From positions 64,001 through 128,000 of the forward strand of contig CAVYXA010000005.1 of the NCBI GenBank assembly GCA_963772365.1: a stretch of 64,000 bases of DNA, read 5' to 3'. Positions 19,830-30,508 of this stretch are shown one piece after another. Origin of the DNA: an uncultured Verrucomicrobiae bacterium (GTDB taxonomy: Bacteria > Verrucomicrobiota > Verrucomicrobiia > Chthoniobacterales > UBA10450). Under the pieces are notes generated by a model that ran no database searches, had not been told where the DNA came from, and saw nothing but the letters and a program-made list of their open reading frames with translations. Made by a program: the position numbers and the translations under genes. Each line of letters starts with the position of its first letter. Within the stretch, counting starts at the first letter, position 1.

Positions 19830-20822
19830 ATGATGAAATCCAAGAGATTCTCAGAGAAGAGATTTCTGATCATCGGAGGCACAAGCAGGGCCGGAACAAC
19901 CGCTGTATTCAATTATCTCGCCGGTCACCCGGAAATGTGCGCCTCGATCGCCAAAGAGACGCGGTTCTTTCTGGATCGCGGTTACCCGCTCCGCTCGGAG
20001 AAGCGATATGCAAGAGACGGGGCGGAAGCGTACCTCTCGTTCTTTGAAAACAAAGCAGAGCGAAACGGAGGACGCTGGTGTTTGGAAGCTACCCCGGACT
20101 ACCTTTACTCTCAGGGTACCGCTAATTTAATTCATGAAACCCTGCCGAACGTTTCCTTCATTTTTATCTTACGCGATCCGGTTTCAAGACTGATTTCTTT
20201 TTATCGGTTTGGTCGGCAGCTGAATGAAATCCCTTCCCGGATGAGCTTTGATCAGTACGTCGAACTGCAAAAAAATGACTCCTGCAAGTCGCTCTTGGAT
20301 AAGTATCGGCACCCTGCCTTTTGCGCCCTGCCGCATGGCCGTTACTCGGTCTATTTGAAGCCATATCTCGAGTTGTTTGGGAGATCGGCGATCCACATAG
20401 AATTTTACGAGGATCTGAAACGCAATCCGACCAGCTTCGTGCAATCGATTTGCCGGTGGGCCGGGATAAACGAGAGCTATTTCCATCATCGACCTCTCGA
20501 AGTCGCGAACAAGAGCATGAACGTGCGGAGCCAGCGTTTGAATCGCACATACTTTGAAGTGAAACGAAGAGCTCTGATTTTTAAGCGCCGTAATCCGCGG
20601 TTGTGGTCGATTCTCCATGCGGCGTTGCATCGAGCAGACGTCGGCTACAGGAAGATGAACATCAAGAAGCCGAACGAGGTCACAATGTCTCTTTCGACGA
20701 AGGAGCTACTGTCAAACTATTACCGGGAGGAGCCTGCACAGCTTTCGGAGCTTTTGGGTATTGAAATCCCATGGTTGGAAAAGATGCCAGCCGATTCAGC
20801 GGACAGGCGGGCAGCTTCCTGA
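19830..20822 (+). CDS. Sulfotransferase (heparan sulfate ST-like)
   Basis: IIGGTSRAGTT, HPE..KETRFF, EATPDY, LRDPVSRLISFY. Confidence 0.9.
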   Translation: MMKSKRFSEKRFLIIGGTSRAGTTAVFNYLAGHPEMCASIAKETRFFLDRGYPLRSEKRYARDGAEAYLSFFENKAERNGGRWCLEATPDYLYSQGTANLIHETLPNVSFIFILRDPVSRLISFYRFGRQLNEIPSRMSFDQYVELQKNDSCKSLLDKYRHPAFCALPHGRYSVYLKPYLELFGRSAIHIEFYEDLKRNPTSFVQSICRWAGINESYFHHRPLEVANKSMNVRSQRLNRTYFEVKRRALIFKRRNPRLWSILHAALHRADVGYRKMNIKKPNEVTMSLSTKELLSNYYREEPAQLSELLGIEIPWLEKMPADSADRRAAS

Positions 20823-20838
20823 ACAGAGCACCAAAGAA

Positions 20839-22344
20839 ATGAGCGCCGTAGTCGAGACCGCCGAGCCTGTGCTGACCAAAATCAGCCGGCAAAGCATCAT
20901 CGTGTTTCTGACCAGAGCCGTGGCGGTGCTGCTGGGAATCGGCTCAACTTTTCTTCTGGCCAGGATTCTGGGACCCTCTGGATTTGGAAAGTTTCGGCTT
21001 GGATCTGTCGTAGTCCAACTGGTGACGGGATTCTGTATTCTTGGATTGGACAGAGCCTTGCTTCGATATCTCCCGGCTCTAGAGACTCGCGCCGAAAGCG
21101 GTAGAGGTCTCTTGATTCGGGCCGGCAGCATTGTGTTCGTTATATCGGTGGCTTTGTCGATCCTCTTGTTCGCCAACGCTTACCTTGTCGCAACGCTTGT
21201 ATTTCACTCCCGCGAAATGGCCGGCGTCATCCGTTTCTTTTCGTTGCAGATTCCGGTCCTCGCGGCTTTCCGGTTCTTTTCGGGTGCAGTTACCGCATCA
21301 AAACGTTTCGATTACGCATCGAAGATCACCAATATTCTTTCCCCCACGATTTTTGTAGTACCGCTGATCCTCCTGTTTGTAGTGCATCCAAGTATTTACG
21401 GGACAATCAGTGCACGTATCGTGGGACAGTTTGTGGCGGTTGCATGTCTCGCCCTGTTTCTTCTCCGGCGTTATCCGAATGTGACTCAAAACGGACCGGC
21501 CGCCCCAGGTACGTTCAAAAGCTATGTCATGCTTTCGGTTCCGCTTTTTATGATCGGGCTCGGATATCAGTTGTTGCATCAGATGGATACGCTAATGCTC
21601 GGATATTTTTCCAGCCAGAAGGATGTCGGCATTTATTCTGTGGCTTTGAAAATATCTGCTTTTGTTCTCATCGGGATCGAAATCATGTTGCCGATTGTCT
21701 CCCCCTTGTTTTCGCAATTTTGTGAGACCCGTGACCGCCAGTCGATGGAGGGACTGTTTAATACGAGCACGAAGTGGCTGTCCTACGCGGGACTGGTGAT
21801 ATTCACCTGCATCGCTATTTTCCGCGAGGAGGTGTTGCACGTTTTCGGAAAGGGATTCGTCGGCGGCTCGACTGTTTTGCTGATACTTTCTGCCGGGCAA
21901 TTGGTGAATGCGGCGACCGGCCCAACGGGAGCGCTGCTGACTATGACTGGTAAACAAAAGTGGGAGCTTGCCAATACAGGGGTAATGGTCGGGATAAATT
22001 TCCTGCTGAACCTCCTGTTGATCCCGAGAATGGGAATGACCGGCGCAGCAATCGCGACGGCCACTAGCATTGCGCTTATCAATAGCGCGAAACTTATTCA
22101 AGTTTATCTGCTATTCGGAATACGCGCGTATGACTGGAGATTTTTAAAAGGGCTGATTGCGGTTGGAACCGCAGCGGCAGTCGCTTACGCGTTTCGGCTC
22201 TGGTTGGAGAATTTCGGGTGCGGTCCTTACACGGTAATGCCGGTGGGTGGAATGGCATTCCTGATTACGGCTGGGACTGCATTCTGGCTGCTGGGACTGG
22301 ACCAGGAAGATAAGCTGGCCCTGGTGGCTCTGCGCAGGCGGTAG
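20839..22344 (+). CDS. wzx: Oligosaccharide flippase (Wzx)
   Basis: LARILGPSGFG, DTLMLG..VGIYS, LNLLLIPRMGMTGAAIAT; many TM segments. Confidence 0.9.
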   Translation: MSAVVETAEPVLTKISRQSIIVFLTRAVAVLLGIGSTFLLARILGPSGFGKFRLGSVVVQLVTGFCILGLDRALLRYLPALETRAESGRGLLIRAGSIVFVISVALSILLFANAYLVATLVFHSREMAGVIRFFSLQIPVLAAFRFFSGAVTASKRFDYASKITNILSPTIFVVPLILLFVVHPSIYGTISARIVGQFVAVACLALFLLRRYPNVTQNGPAAPGTFKSYVMLSVPLFMIGLGYQLLHQMDTLMLGYFSSQKDVGIYSVALKISAFVLIGIEIMLPIVSPLFSQFCETRDRQSMEGLFNTSTKWLSYAGLVIFTCIAIFREEVLHVFGKGFVGGSTVLLILSAGQLVNAATGPTGALLTMTGKQKWELANTGVMVGINFLLNLLLIPRMGMTGAAIATATSIALINSAKLIQVYLLFGIRAYDWRFLKGLIAVGTAAAVAYAFRLWLENFGCGPYTVMPVGGMAFLITAGTAFWLLGLDQEDKLALVALRRR

Positions 22345-22370
22345 AGGTTTTCAAGTCATTTGAGACCCAG

Positions 22371-23165
<795 letters not shown>

Positions 23166-23219
23166 TGGTAGGAATGGACCGCCGGGCCGTCCGATTGTGA
23201 CAAAGTCACAGGTCTCTGA

Positions 23220-23248
23220 TTTAACGTTGTAACGAGGTAACAATTCAA
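23220..23248 (+). repeat. 8-nt TAAC repeats
   Basis: tttaac-gttgtaac-gaggtaac-aattcaac; same family as 10582-10612. Confidence 0.65.
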
Positions 23249-23258
23249 CCCTCCTCTA

Positions 23259-24251
23259 ATGAATATCTTGATCCTTAAACGGGGCGCGACGGGCGACGTG
23301 GTAAGGACGACGCCATTACTGGCCCGGCTAGAAGGAAATTTCACCTGGATCACGGAAGCGAATAATGCCGTTCTGCTTAAAGGACTGGGGAAACATCTGC
23401 GTTGTTTCGCTTGGGAAGATCGGGAAAAAGCGCTGGATAGATCCTACGATCTGGCAATCAACCTCGAGGATACTGTCGATGTAGCTCAATTTCTGAAACA
23501 GCTAAAATGCAGCGATCTCTTTGGCGCTTACCTTGGCCCCAACAACTCCTTGCGATACACCAAAAATTCGCAGTGTTGGTTCGATCTCAGCATCATCAGT
23601 ACTCTGGGAAAGCTGAAAGCTGACAAGCTGAAATTCGGAAATCGAAAGACGTATCAACAGTTGATTTTTAAGGGTATTGGCTTCGAGTTTGCCGGCGAAA
23701 CCTATTTGCTGCCGGATGCCATTGAGACCGGTCTGACTGGCGATATAGCTATCGCCGCGGAAGCCGGGATGGTGTGGCCGATGAAGAAGTGGGCGCATTA
23801 TCTCGAACTGAAACGAGCTTTGGAAGCGGAGGGTTTTAGGGTGAATGTGTTGCCGAAGAGAGGATCTCTTCTGGAACATTTGGCCGATGTCCGCAATCAT
23901 CAATGCCTCGTTAGCGGTGACAGTCTCCCGATGCATTTCGCGCTCGGGACAGGAACCCGCTGCGTAACGTTGTTCACCTGCACGAGCCCATGGGAGATCT
24001 ACGATTACGGTGTTCAGGCAAAAATCGTTTCACCTTTGCTGGAAGAATTCTTTTATAAGCGCGGCTATGACGAGCGGGCGACGACATCGATCAGCGTTGA
24101 TCAAGTGTTCGAGGCCGTGATGCAGCAACTGGCAGCTTCAAAGGTCAGATCCGCCAAAGGACGGATTCGCCGTGGCGAAGGTCAGAAATCAGAAGTCAGC
24201 GCGATTGAAAGCGCGGAGCGCGATGCTGCTCGTGACAAGGCAATAGTATGA
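23259..24251 (+). CDS. Glycosyltransferase family 9
   Basis: GATGDVVRTTPLL, WPMKKW, VSGDSLPMHFA. Confidence 0.85.
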   Translation: MNILILKRGATGDVVRTTPLLARLEGNFTWITEANNAVLLKGLGKHLRCFAWEDREKALDRSYDLAINLEDTVDVAQFLKQLKCSDLFGAYLGPNNSLRYTKNSQCWFDLSIISTLGKLKADKLKFGNRKTYQQLIFKGIGFEFAGETYLLPDAIETGLTGDIAIAAEAGMVWPMKKWAHYLELKRALEAEGFRVNVLPKRGSLLEHLADVRNHQCLVSGDSLPMHFALGTGTRCVTLFTCTSPWEIYDYGVQAKIVSPLLEEFFYKRGYDERATTSISVDQVFEAVMQQLAASKVRSAKGRIRRGEGQKSEVSAIESAERDAARDKAIV

Positions 24252-24368
24252 TTGTCTCGGAGATTAGCGATCAGAAGTTCGCCCCGGCGAATCCGTCCAC
24301 GGGCGGATCAGATATCGCGGTCGACTGTTCCGCCCGCGGTCCTCAGTCCTCCGTCCTCAGTCATCCGA
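24141..24368. repeat. Heptamer tracts with two inverted copies of the 31-nt double-hairpin element
   Basis: 24149-24179 and 24278-24308 are near reverse complements; gtcctca/gtcctcc tract follows. Confidence 0.8.
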
Positions 24369-25561
24369 CTCTGCATGTCGCTTTGCTGAGCGGTGGCGGA
24401 GACAAGCCTTACGCGCTGGGGATGGCCGAAGGGCTAACCTCAGCCGATGTGTTTGTTGATCTTGTTGGCAGTAATGATCACTCGGCGCCAGGACTGTTGG
24501 GCATTCCTCGTTTGAACTTTCTTAATCTCCGAGGTGATCAGTCGACGGAGGCAAACTGGTTGGCAAAGATTTCGAGAGTATCGAAATATTATATTCGACT
24601 GATTCGGTACGCTGCGACGGCAGAACCCAAAGTGTTTCACATCTTGTGGAACAACAAGTTTGAATTTTTCGATCGGACGCTCTTGTTGATCTATTACAAA
24701 TTGCTGGGCAAGAAGATCGTTTTTACGGCCCATAATGTAAACGCAGGCAAACGCGATTTGAATGATTCGTGGCTTAACAGATTGTCGCTGCGAATTCACT
24801 ATCGCCTGTGCGATCACATTTTCGTTCACACCGACAGTATGAAACGGGAACTCACGATGGATTTCGGAGTCCCGCAACGCAAGGTGAGCGTCATCCCGTT
24901 TGGAATTAACAACACGGTTCCGAACACAAACTTATCAAGAGGAGAGGCAAGACAACATCTTGGCCTGACAGATGGCGATCGGGCGCTGTTGTTCTTCGGC
25001 AACATCGCGCCTTACAAGGGGCTGGAATATCTGATCGCGGCATTCACAAAACTCTCAGAGAGGGACACTAGTTACCGATTGATTGTCGCGGGAAGACTCA
25101 AAGGGGACGAGAGTTACCGGCACCGCATTCAGCGAGTGCTGAAAAATTGTGGTGTGCGCGACCGAATCGTTGAACGGATGGAATACGTGCCCGATGAGGA
25201 GACAGAATTGTATTTCAAAGCGGCCGACGTCCTAATTCTGCCCTACACCCGCGTATTTCAGAGTGGCGTGCTCTTTTTGGGATATAGTTTTGGTCTTCCC
25301 GCGATTGTCGCCGACGTGGGCGAACTGAGACAAGACATCATCGAAGGCGAGACGGGATTTGTATTTGAACCGCGGAACTCATCCGACCTCATGGCCAGGA
25401 TCGACAGGTACTTTAGGAGCGACTTATTTCACGATGCGGAAAAGACACGATCAAGGATCAAGGCCTACGCCAACAAGCGCTACGCGTGGAGCAAAGTTGC
25501 CGCAATCACCAAGGAAGTTTACACGAATCTTTTGCAGTCGAGACCTGGCGCGCTGGCTTAA
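24248..25561 (+). CDS. Glycosyltransferase family 4
   Basis: FTAHNV, FFGNIAPYKGL, ADVLILPY..QSGV; N-terminal ~40 aa are repeat-derived. Confidence 0.92.
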   Translation: MIVSEISDQKFAPANPSTGGSDIAVDCSARGPQSSVLSHPTLHVALLSGGGDKPYALGMAEGLTSADVFVDLVGSNDHSAPGLLGIPRLNFLNLRGDQSTEANWLAKISRVSKYYIRLIRYAATAEPKVFHILWNNKFEFFDRTLLLIYYKLLGKKIVFTAHNVNAGKRDLNDSWLNRLSLRIHYRLCDHIFVHTDSMKRELTMDFGVPQRKVSVIPFGINNTVPNTNLSRGEARQHLGLTDGDRALLFFGNIAPYKGLEYLIAAFTKLSERDTSYRLIVAGRLKGDESYRHRIQRVLKNCGVRDRIVERMEYVPDEETELYFKAADVLILPYTRVFQSGVLFLGYSFGLPAIVADVGELRQDIIEGETGFVFEPRNSSDLMARIDRYFRSDLFHDAEKTRSRIKAYANKRYAWSKVAAITKEVYTNLLQSRPGALA

Positions 25562-25562
25562 G

Positions 25563-26375
25563 ATGACAATCGAAGTCGATCCTCAACAGACGCAACAAGT
25601 GGCGCCAGTTTCGAGCGGCGGAGAGCATCGCGCGTTCGGTGGTCTTTTGGTTCGCAAAGAGTCGTGGCGACTGTCCGGTTTGGGAAGATTGATTGTGGCA
25701 ATTGCGGCTGCGGGATTGGTCACTTGGATTTTTTTGGGAATTTTTCCCTTTCTCGCGATCACGGCCAGGGTGGATACCGACACGCTCGTGGTGGAGGGGT
25801 GGGTGCATAAGGCTGCCATTCGCATGGCCGTGCAGGAGTTCAAAAGTGGTTCCTATCAACATCTGTTTACGACCGGCGGTCCCGTGGTTGGAAATGGAGG
25901 TTACGTCAACGACTACCAAACAGCCGCCAGCGTCGGAGCCGATCTGCTAAAAAAGTTTGGAGTTCCAGCTGAGTCCGTCCAGATGGTTCCGTCGCGTGAA
26001 ATGGATCGGGACCGAACCTATAGCTCTGCCGTTGCACTGCGAAACTGGTTTCGGGATCACGACATCCGGGTTCGTAGTTTTGACATTCTTACGGAGGATC
26101 TGCATGCTCGGCGGACGCGCCTTCTTTTTCAGGAAGCGTTCGGCGACACCGTGAAGGTTGGCATTATTTCTATTCCGAACCCCGATTACGATCAGAAGCA
26201 CTGGTGGCGTTATAGTGAAGGAGTGGAGAGCGCCCTGGGCGAGACGGTGGCGTATCTGTATGCGAAGTTTTTCTTTTGGCCGGCGAGTCCAAAGGACGAG
26301 ACCACGGGACAACGCGACAACAAGACCATGAGACAACGGCAAGACGAGACCAGGGACAGCCTGTCTACAAGATAA
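25563..26375 (+). CDS. YdcF/ElyC/SanA (DUF218) family protein
   Basis: N-terminal TM, LVVEGW, TTGG, DRTYSSA, HARRT. Confidence 0.75.
   Translation: MTIEVDPQQTQQVAPVSSGGEHRAFGGLLVRKESWRLSGLGRLIVAIAAAGLVTWIFLGIFPFLAITARVDTDTLVVEGWVHKAAIRMAVQEFKSGSYQHLFTTGGPVVGNGGYVNDYQTAASVGADLLKKFGVPAESVQMVPSREMDRDRTYSSAVALRNWFRDHDIRVRSFDILTEDLHARRTRLLFQEAFGDTVKVGIISIPNPDYDQKHWWRYSEGVESALGETVAYLYAKFFFWPASPKDETTGQRDNKTMRQRQDETRDSLSTR
26294..26360 (+). repeat. 8-nt GACnACnn repeats
   Basis: gaccacgg-gacaacgc-gacaacaa-gaccatga-gacaacgg. Confidence 0.75.
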
Positions 26376-26389
26376 CAGACCAAAACGAA

Positions 26390-26824
26390 ATGAGAGACTA
26401 CACCAAGATTAAAGCCTGGCAGCTTTCCGACGATCTGACAGTTGCGGTCTATAATATCACACGATCTTTTCCAAAGGAGGAAGTGTACAGTCTGACCAAC
26501 CAATTGCGCCGGGCTTCGTATTCCGTGCCGGCAAACATTGCCGAGGGAGCATCGCGCGAAAGCAAAAAGGATTATCTTCATTTCCTTTATATTGCCCGCG
26601 GGTCTTTATCCGAAGCGCAATATTTCATTCACCTGTCTCGGCGACTTGAGTATCTCTCAGAAGAAGGTGCAACGGAACTGGACGCGCAAACCAAGGTGGC
26701 TTTCGGGTGCTTACACGGCTTGATTCAAGCCGTAGAAAAAGAAACAGGTAAGGTCGGAAAAGCTATCGCCGCTATTACCAGCCTGATGGTTATCGGCTTC
26801 GCTCGGTTTTCGACGGGTCAGTAG
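26390..26824 (+). CDS. Four helix bundle protein (second copy)
   Basis: AWQ...FPKEEVYSLTNQLRRASYSVPANIAEG...FLYIARGSLSE. Confidence 0.93.
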   Translation: MRDYTKIKAWQLSDDLTVAVYNITRSFPKEEVYSLTNQLRRASYSVPANIAEGASRESKKDYLHFLYIARGSLSEAQYFIHLSRRLEYLSEEGATELDAQTKVAFGCLHGLIQAVEKETGKVGKAIAAITSLMVIGFARFSTGQ

Positions 26825-26850
26825 TCCGTCGTCAGTTGTCGGTAGTCGTC
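26817..26850 (-). repeat. GTnGTC heptamer tract (inverse of GACnAC)
   Basis: gtagtcc-gtcgtca-gttgtcg-gtagtcg. Confidence 0.75.
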
Positions 26851-26860
26851 TAGTTTTGCT

Positions 26861-28303
26861 ATGAAAATTGCCATCATCGGCCTGGGTTATGTTGGGCTTC
26901 CTTTATCGATTCAGTTCGCGCGGTCGTGCACGACTGTCATCGGCATTGATGTCGATCCTCAAAAGATCGAGCTGCTCAACAAAGGCCAAAGCTATATCAA
27001 GCATGTATTGGCGGATGGAATTCGGGAGATCGTAGATGGCGGGAAGTTTGTTGCCACGACAGATTTCAGCCGGATCAGAGAGGTCGAGTCGGTGATTATT
27101 TGTGTGCCAACACCGCTCAACAAGAATCGCGAACCGGATCTGTCTTTTGTCCTAGGTACTGGGCGCGCAATCGCGCCTTATCTCAAATCGGCGAAGGCCG
27201 ATTTAGAGATGGGAAATGGAAGATCGAAGATCGGAGAAGCAGGGAGTCGAGCACCTTACCCCCACCCTCTCCCCGATCGAGGCGGAGAGGGAGAAGCTAT
27301 GGCCAGCCCAAGCTCCGAACTTCCAACTGCGAACTCCCAGCCTTTGAAAAAGCTGATAGTGCTTGAGTCAACAACATATCCGGGAACAACGGAAGATGAG
27401 CTGCGTGCCGTGCTGGAAGAAGGATCCGGGCTAAGAGCGGGCGTTGATTTTCACCTCGCGTTTTCGCCAGAGCGGGAGGATCCGGCGAATAAGCTAAGCA
27501 AAGTCAAAAAAATTCCGAAGGTCGTCGGGGGATATACGCCGCTCTGTCTGGAACGCGCCGTGGCTTTATACAAGAGGGCCATCGATACCGTTGTGCCTGT
27601 TTCTTCCTGTCGGGCCGCGGAAGCGACCAAGCTTCTGGAAAACATTTTTCGCAGCGTGAATATTGCCCTCGTCAACGAGCTGAAGGTCGTTTACGAGGCA
27701 ATGGGAATCGATATATGGGAAGTGATCGAAGCGGCCAAGACCAAGCCGTTTGGCTTTATGCCGTTTTATCCCGGGCCGGGGCTGGGCGGACATTGCATCC
27801 CGATCGATCCGTTCTATCTCACCTGGAAAGCTCGTGAGTACGGCCAGCACACGCGGTTCATTGAATTGGCCGGCGAGATCAACACCCATATGCCTGAGCA
27901 CGTTGTGCATCGCGTTTCCGATGCGCTCAACTGTCAACAAAAAACAATTAACGGCTCAAATGTCCTGATCCTCGGTCTTGCCTACAAACCAAATGTCGAT
28001 GATGAGCGAGAATCACCGAGCTACACCCTCATGCGACTGCTGGCCAAGGGCGGTGCTACGGTTGAATATCACGATCCGTATGTGCCTGTTATCAAGCCGA
28101 CGCGTGAGCACCCGCAGTTTGCAGGCAAGAAATCGATCGAATGGTCAAGATCGACAATTAATGATTTCGATCTCGTCCTTGTCGCGACCAATCATTCTTG
28201 TGTAAACTACAAAGAGCTGGGGGACTGGGCCCGTTGCATTGTCGATACCCGGAATGCGATGTCGGGGGTCGACGTCGCGAAAGGGAAAGTGTGGAAAGCG
28301 TGA
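26861..28303 (+). CDS. Nucleotide-sugar (UDP-GlcNAc/ManNAc-type) 6-dehydrogenase with ~50-aa repeat-derived insertion
   Basis: IIGLGYVGLP, ICVPTP, LESTTYPGTT, FSPER, GGHCIPIDP. Confidence 0.93.
   Translation: MKIAIIGLGYVGLPLSIQFARSCTTVIGIDVDPQKIELLNKGQSYIKHVLADGIREIVDGGKFVATTDFSRIREVESVIICVPTPLNKNREPDLSFVLGTGRAIAPYLKSAKADLEMGNGRSKIGEAGSRAPYPHPLPDRGGEGEAMASPSSELPTANSQPLKKLIVLESTTYPGTTEDELRAVLEEGSGLRAGVDFHLAFSPEREDPANKLSKVKKIPKVVGGYTPLCLERAVALYKRAIDTVVPVSSCRAAEATKLLENIFRSVNIALVNELKVVYEAMGIDIWEVIEAAKTKPFGFMPFYPGPGLGGHCIPIDPFYLTWKAREYGQHTRFIELAGEINTHMPEHVVHRVSDALNCQQKTINGSNVLILGLAYKPNVDDERESPSYTLMRLLAKGGATVEYHDPYVPVIKPTREHPQFAGKKSIEWSRSTINDFDLVLVATNHSCVNYKELGDWARCIVDTRNAMSGVDVAKGKVWKA
27211..27338. 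repeat. In-frame nested hairpin: heptamer arms around a CCCTCTCC/GGAGAGGG palindrome
   Basis: Arm 27211-27236 matches the reverse complement of 27313-27338 at 19/26; inner stem 27265-27272/27284-27291. Confidence 0.8.
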
Positions 28304-28307
28304 TGTC

Positions 28308-28432
28308 AAAAAGCTGAAACGCTGACATGCTGAAAAGCTGAAAGGCAGCCTCCTTCGCCCATGCTACGGCGAGCCAGGGAAAACCTGAGAAGCTGAAAAG
28401 TTAAGATGAAGCTGGTAGATCGAAGATCGTAG
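28308..28432 (+). repeat. GCTGAAA 8-nt repeats and GATCG repeats
   Basis: gctgaaac-gctgacat-gctgaaaa-gctgaaag. Confidence 0.75.
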
Positions 28433-28447
28433 TTTTGTTCCAAATGC

Positions 28448-28567
28448 GTCGGAAAGTTTTACGGATTTTTTTGTGCGAGTTTAATGCGATACTTCGATTT
28501 CGTCGCGCAAGCTACTGAACCACTGTAGCTTATAATCTTGAGATTTCGACCAAGTACAGTTCCTGCT
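28448..28567 (+). promoter_or_regulatory. Enhancer GTCGGA-N5-TTACG plus degenerate sigma54 site
   Basis: GTCGGAAAGTTTTACG (28448-28463); AAGTACAGTTCCTGCT (28552-28567; AG-N10-GC). Confidence 0.6.
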
Positions 28568-28582
28568 AACGGGTCGAATTCT

Positions 28583-29236
28583 ATGAAGAACCTCTCCTTC
28601 GCTTTGGTAATTGCTATCGGAATTTTGGGGCAGATTCATGCAGCTACGATCTGGGAAAATCCGATTACCGGAATGAATCCAAACACTTCGAACCCGTACA
28701 CAACGGGAGATGTAGTCGCCTCAAATCTCACAGTCTCAGGTATCGGAAGAGGCACGGGGATAACGGGAGTCAATTCCAATAATCGCTACAACGCCAGCAG
28801 CTGGAATACCGCTACGCTTGATACGACGGCTTACTTTTACTTCATCCTTACCCCGGACAGTGGTTTTCAGATTAATTTCACAAGCTTCACCTACACTGGC
28901 CAAGTTAGTTCCACAGGTCCATCCAGCTTTGCTTTTCGATCGAGTCTTGACGGCTTTTCCTCAGATATCGGTTCCCCGAACTCGACAGGGACGACGATTT
29001 CGTTATCAGCATCACAATTCCAAGGGCTGACTACGCCCATCGAGTTTCGCTTCTACGGATTTGGCGCAACGAGTAGTGGTGGCACTTTTAGTATCAATGA
29101 TTTTCATTTCGATGGCGTAGTAGATGCGGTGCCCGGCGTCCCGGAAGCTTTCTCGACGCTGCCGTGGATGTCATGCGGGTTCGTTCTATTTGTACTCGCA
29201 CGACAGCGCAAATCCTGGCTTCCGAAGAGCCGCTGA
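28583..29236 (+). CDS. PEP-CTERM-like sorted surface protein (VPEA variant)
   Basis: Signal peptide, S/T/N-rich body, VPEAFST + TM + RQRK. Confidence 0.8.
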   Translation: MKNLSFALVIAIGILGQIHAATIWENPITGMNPNTSNPYTTGDVVASNLTVSGIGRGTGITGVNSNNRYNASSWNTATLDTTAYFYFILTPDSGFQINFTSFTYTGQVSSTGPSSFAFRSSLDGFSSDIGSPNSTGTTISLSASQFQGLTTPIEFRFYGFGATSSGGTFSINDFHFDGVVDAVPGVPEAFSTLPWMSCGFVLFVLARQRKSWLPKSR

Positions 29237-29431
29237 CAAGCAAGAGTAACATTCGAAGACAAATCTTGGTCGTTCCGTAATTCTGCGTTGCGGCTTTCCC
29301 GTTTAGAGATTCAGAGTGTTTCTGACCTGTATCCATCAGATTCGGGTAGCAGCTGGACGTAAACCTACGGTTTCTCATTGTCAGCTTTCTAAGTAGATCC
29401 TGCCGTTGGCGGTAGTTCTCTGGTCGTTCAT

Positions 29432-30406
29432 ATGGACTCTTCTTCAGCAAAGGCGGGAAATCTTTCGGCGAGGGCGCCGCAAGATGCACGCGATGCGCCC
29501 GCACACGAGCCGTCAGGCAGTCCGCTCCCCGATACTAAATCTCGCGCTCATCTGATCGGCTTTGGAATCTGCGTGGCGGTTCTGATCGCGGCTTTCATCA
29601 GGCCGCTGATCGGGCTGGCCGTTTATGCTGCCCACAGCAATCTGAATTCGCACATTTTGTTGGTCCCGTTTGTGACTGCTTATCTATTACACATTCGTCG
29701 CGATCCGCTTTCGACGAGATTTAAATCCTCACCGCTTTGGGCGATCGCCCCGCTGATCGTCGCGCTGCTGAGCTTAAGCGCTGCATTTGTCTGGGACACC
29801 GAACTGAGTCGAAATGATCACTTCACGTTGCTGGCTCTCTCGTTTCTTGGATTCCTGGTTGCAGCCGGATTTTTATTCCTGGGACGCGCCTGGATGTGGT
29901 CGGCCGCGTTCTCAGTGTTCTTTCTCATTTTCATGATACCGATGCCGGATGCCATGGCGAACGCATTGGAGACGGCATCGAAGTTCGCCTCGGCCGATGC
30001 GGCCAGTTTCTTCTTTAATCTGACTGGCACACCGGTTCTGCGAGATGGTTTGGTTTTCCAGTTGCCGAATATCGCGATTCAAGTCGCCCAGGAATGCAGC
30101 GGTATTCGATCGAGCTGGGTGCTGTTCATCACCAGTTTGCTGGCGGCAAATCTTTTTCTACAAAGCCCATGGCGGCGCGCGGCACTAGTGGTGTTCGTTA
30201 TTCCGCTCGGGATTATCCGGAATGGTTTTCGCGTCTTCGTGATCGGCACGTTGTGCATCCGATACGGGCCGCAGATGATCCACAGTATTATTCATCGCCG
30301 CGGCGGGCCGTTCTTCTTCGCGCTTTCGCTGATTCCGCTGTTTCTGTTGCTCTGGTGGCTACGGCGGGGCGATGACGGAGCACGGATGAAGGCGGAAGAC
30401 AGATAA
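29432..30406 (+). CDS. Exosortase (possibly VPDSG-CTERM-specific)
   Basis: SHILLVP, VAQECSGIRS (Cys), NGFRV (Arg), IIH (His); multi-TM. Confidence 0.92.
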   Translation: MDSSSAKAGNLSARAPQDARDAPAHEPSGSPLPDTKSRAHLIGFGICVAVLIAAFIRPLIGLAVYAAHSNLNSHILLVPFVTAYLLHIRRDPLSTRFKSSPLWAIAPLIVALLSLSAAFVWDTELSRNDHFTLLALSFLGFLVAAGFLFLGRAWMWSAAFSVFFLIFMIPMPDAMANALETASKFASADAASFFFNLTGTPVLRDGLVFQLPNIAIQVAQECSGIRSSWVLFITSLLAANLFLQSPWRRAALVVFVIPLGIIRNGFRVFVIGTLCIRYGPQMIHSIIHRRGGPFFFALSLIPLFLLLWWLRRGDDGARMKAEDR

Positions 30407-30500
30407 CGGTGGGCGAAAGATGGCGAGATTACAGAGGACCGAGGATAGATGACGGCACAGCGAGACTACAGTCCGGCGTCGGAAAGGCGAAGGATCGAAA
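30372..30500 (+). repeat. Purine-rich GACGG/GAGGA heptamer tract
   Basis: gacggagcacggatg...gaagacagataacgg...cagaggaccgaggatagatgacgg. Confidence 0.6.
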
Positions 30501-30508
30501 AAGCTCCC

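Noticed and set aside
29408..29419. ops site GGCGGTAG (also near 22337)
   Set aside because: Lacks the nnTG end and JUMPstart context; an 8-mer can arise by chance in 64 kb.
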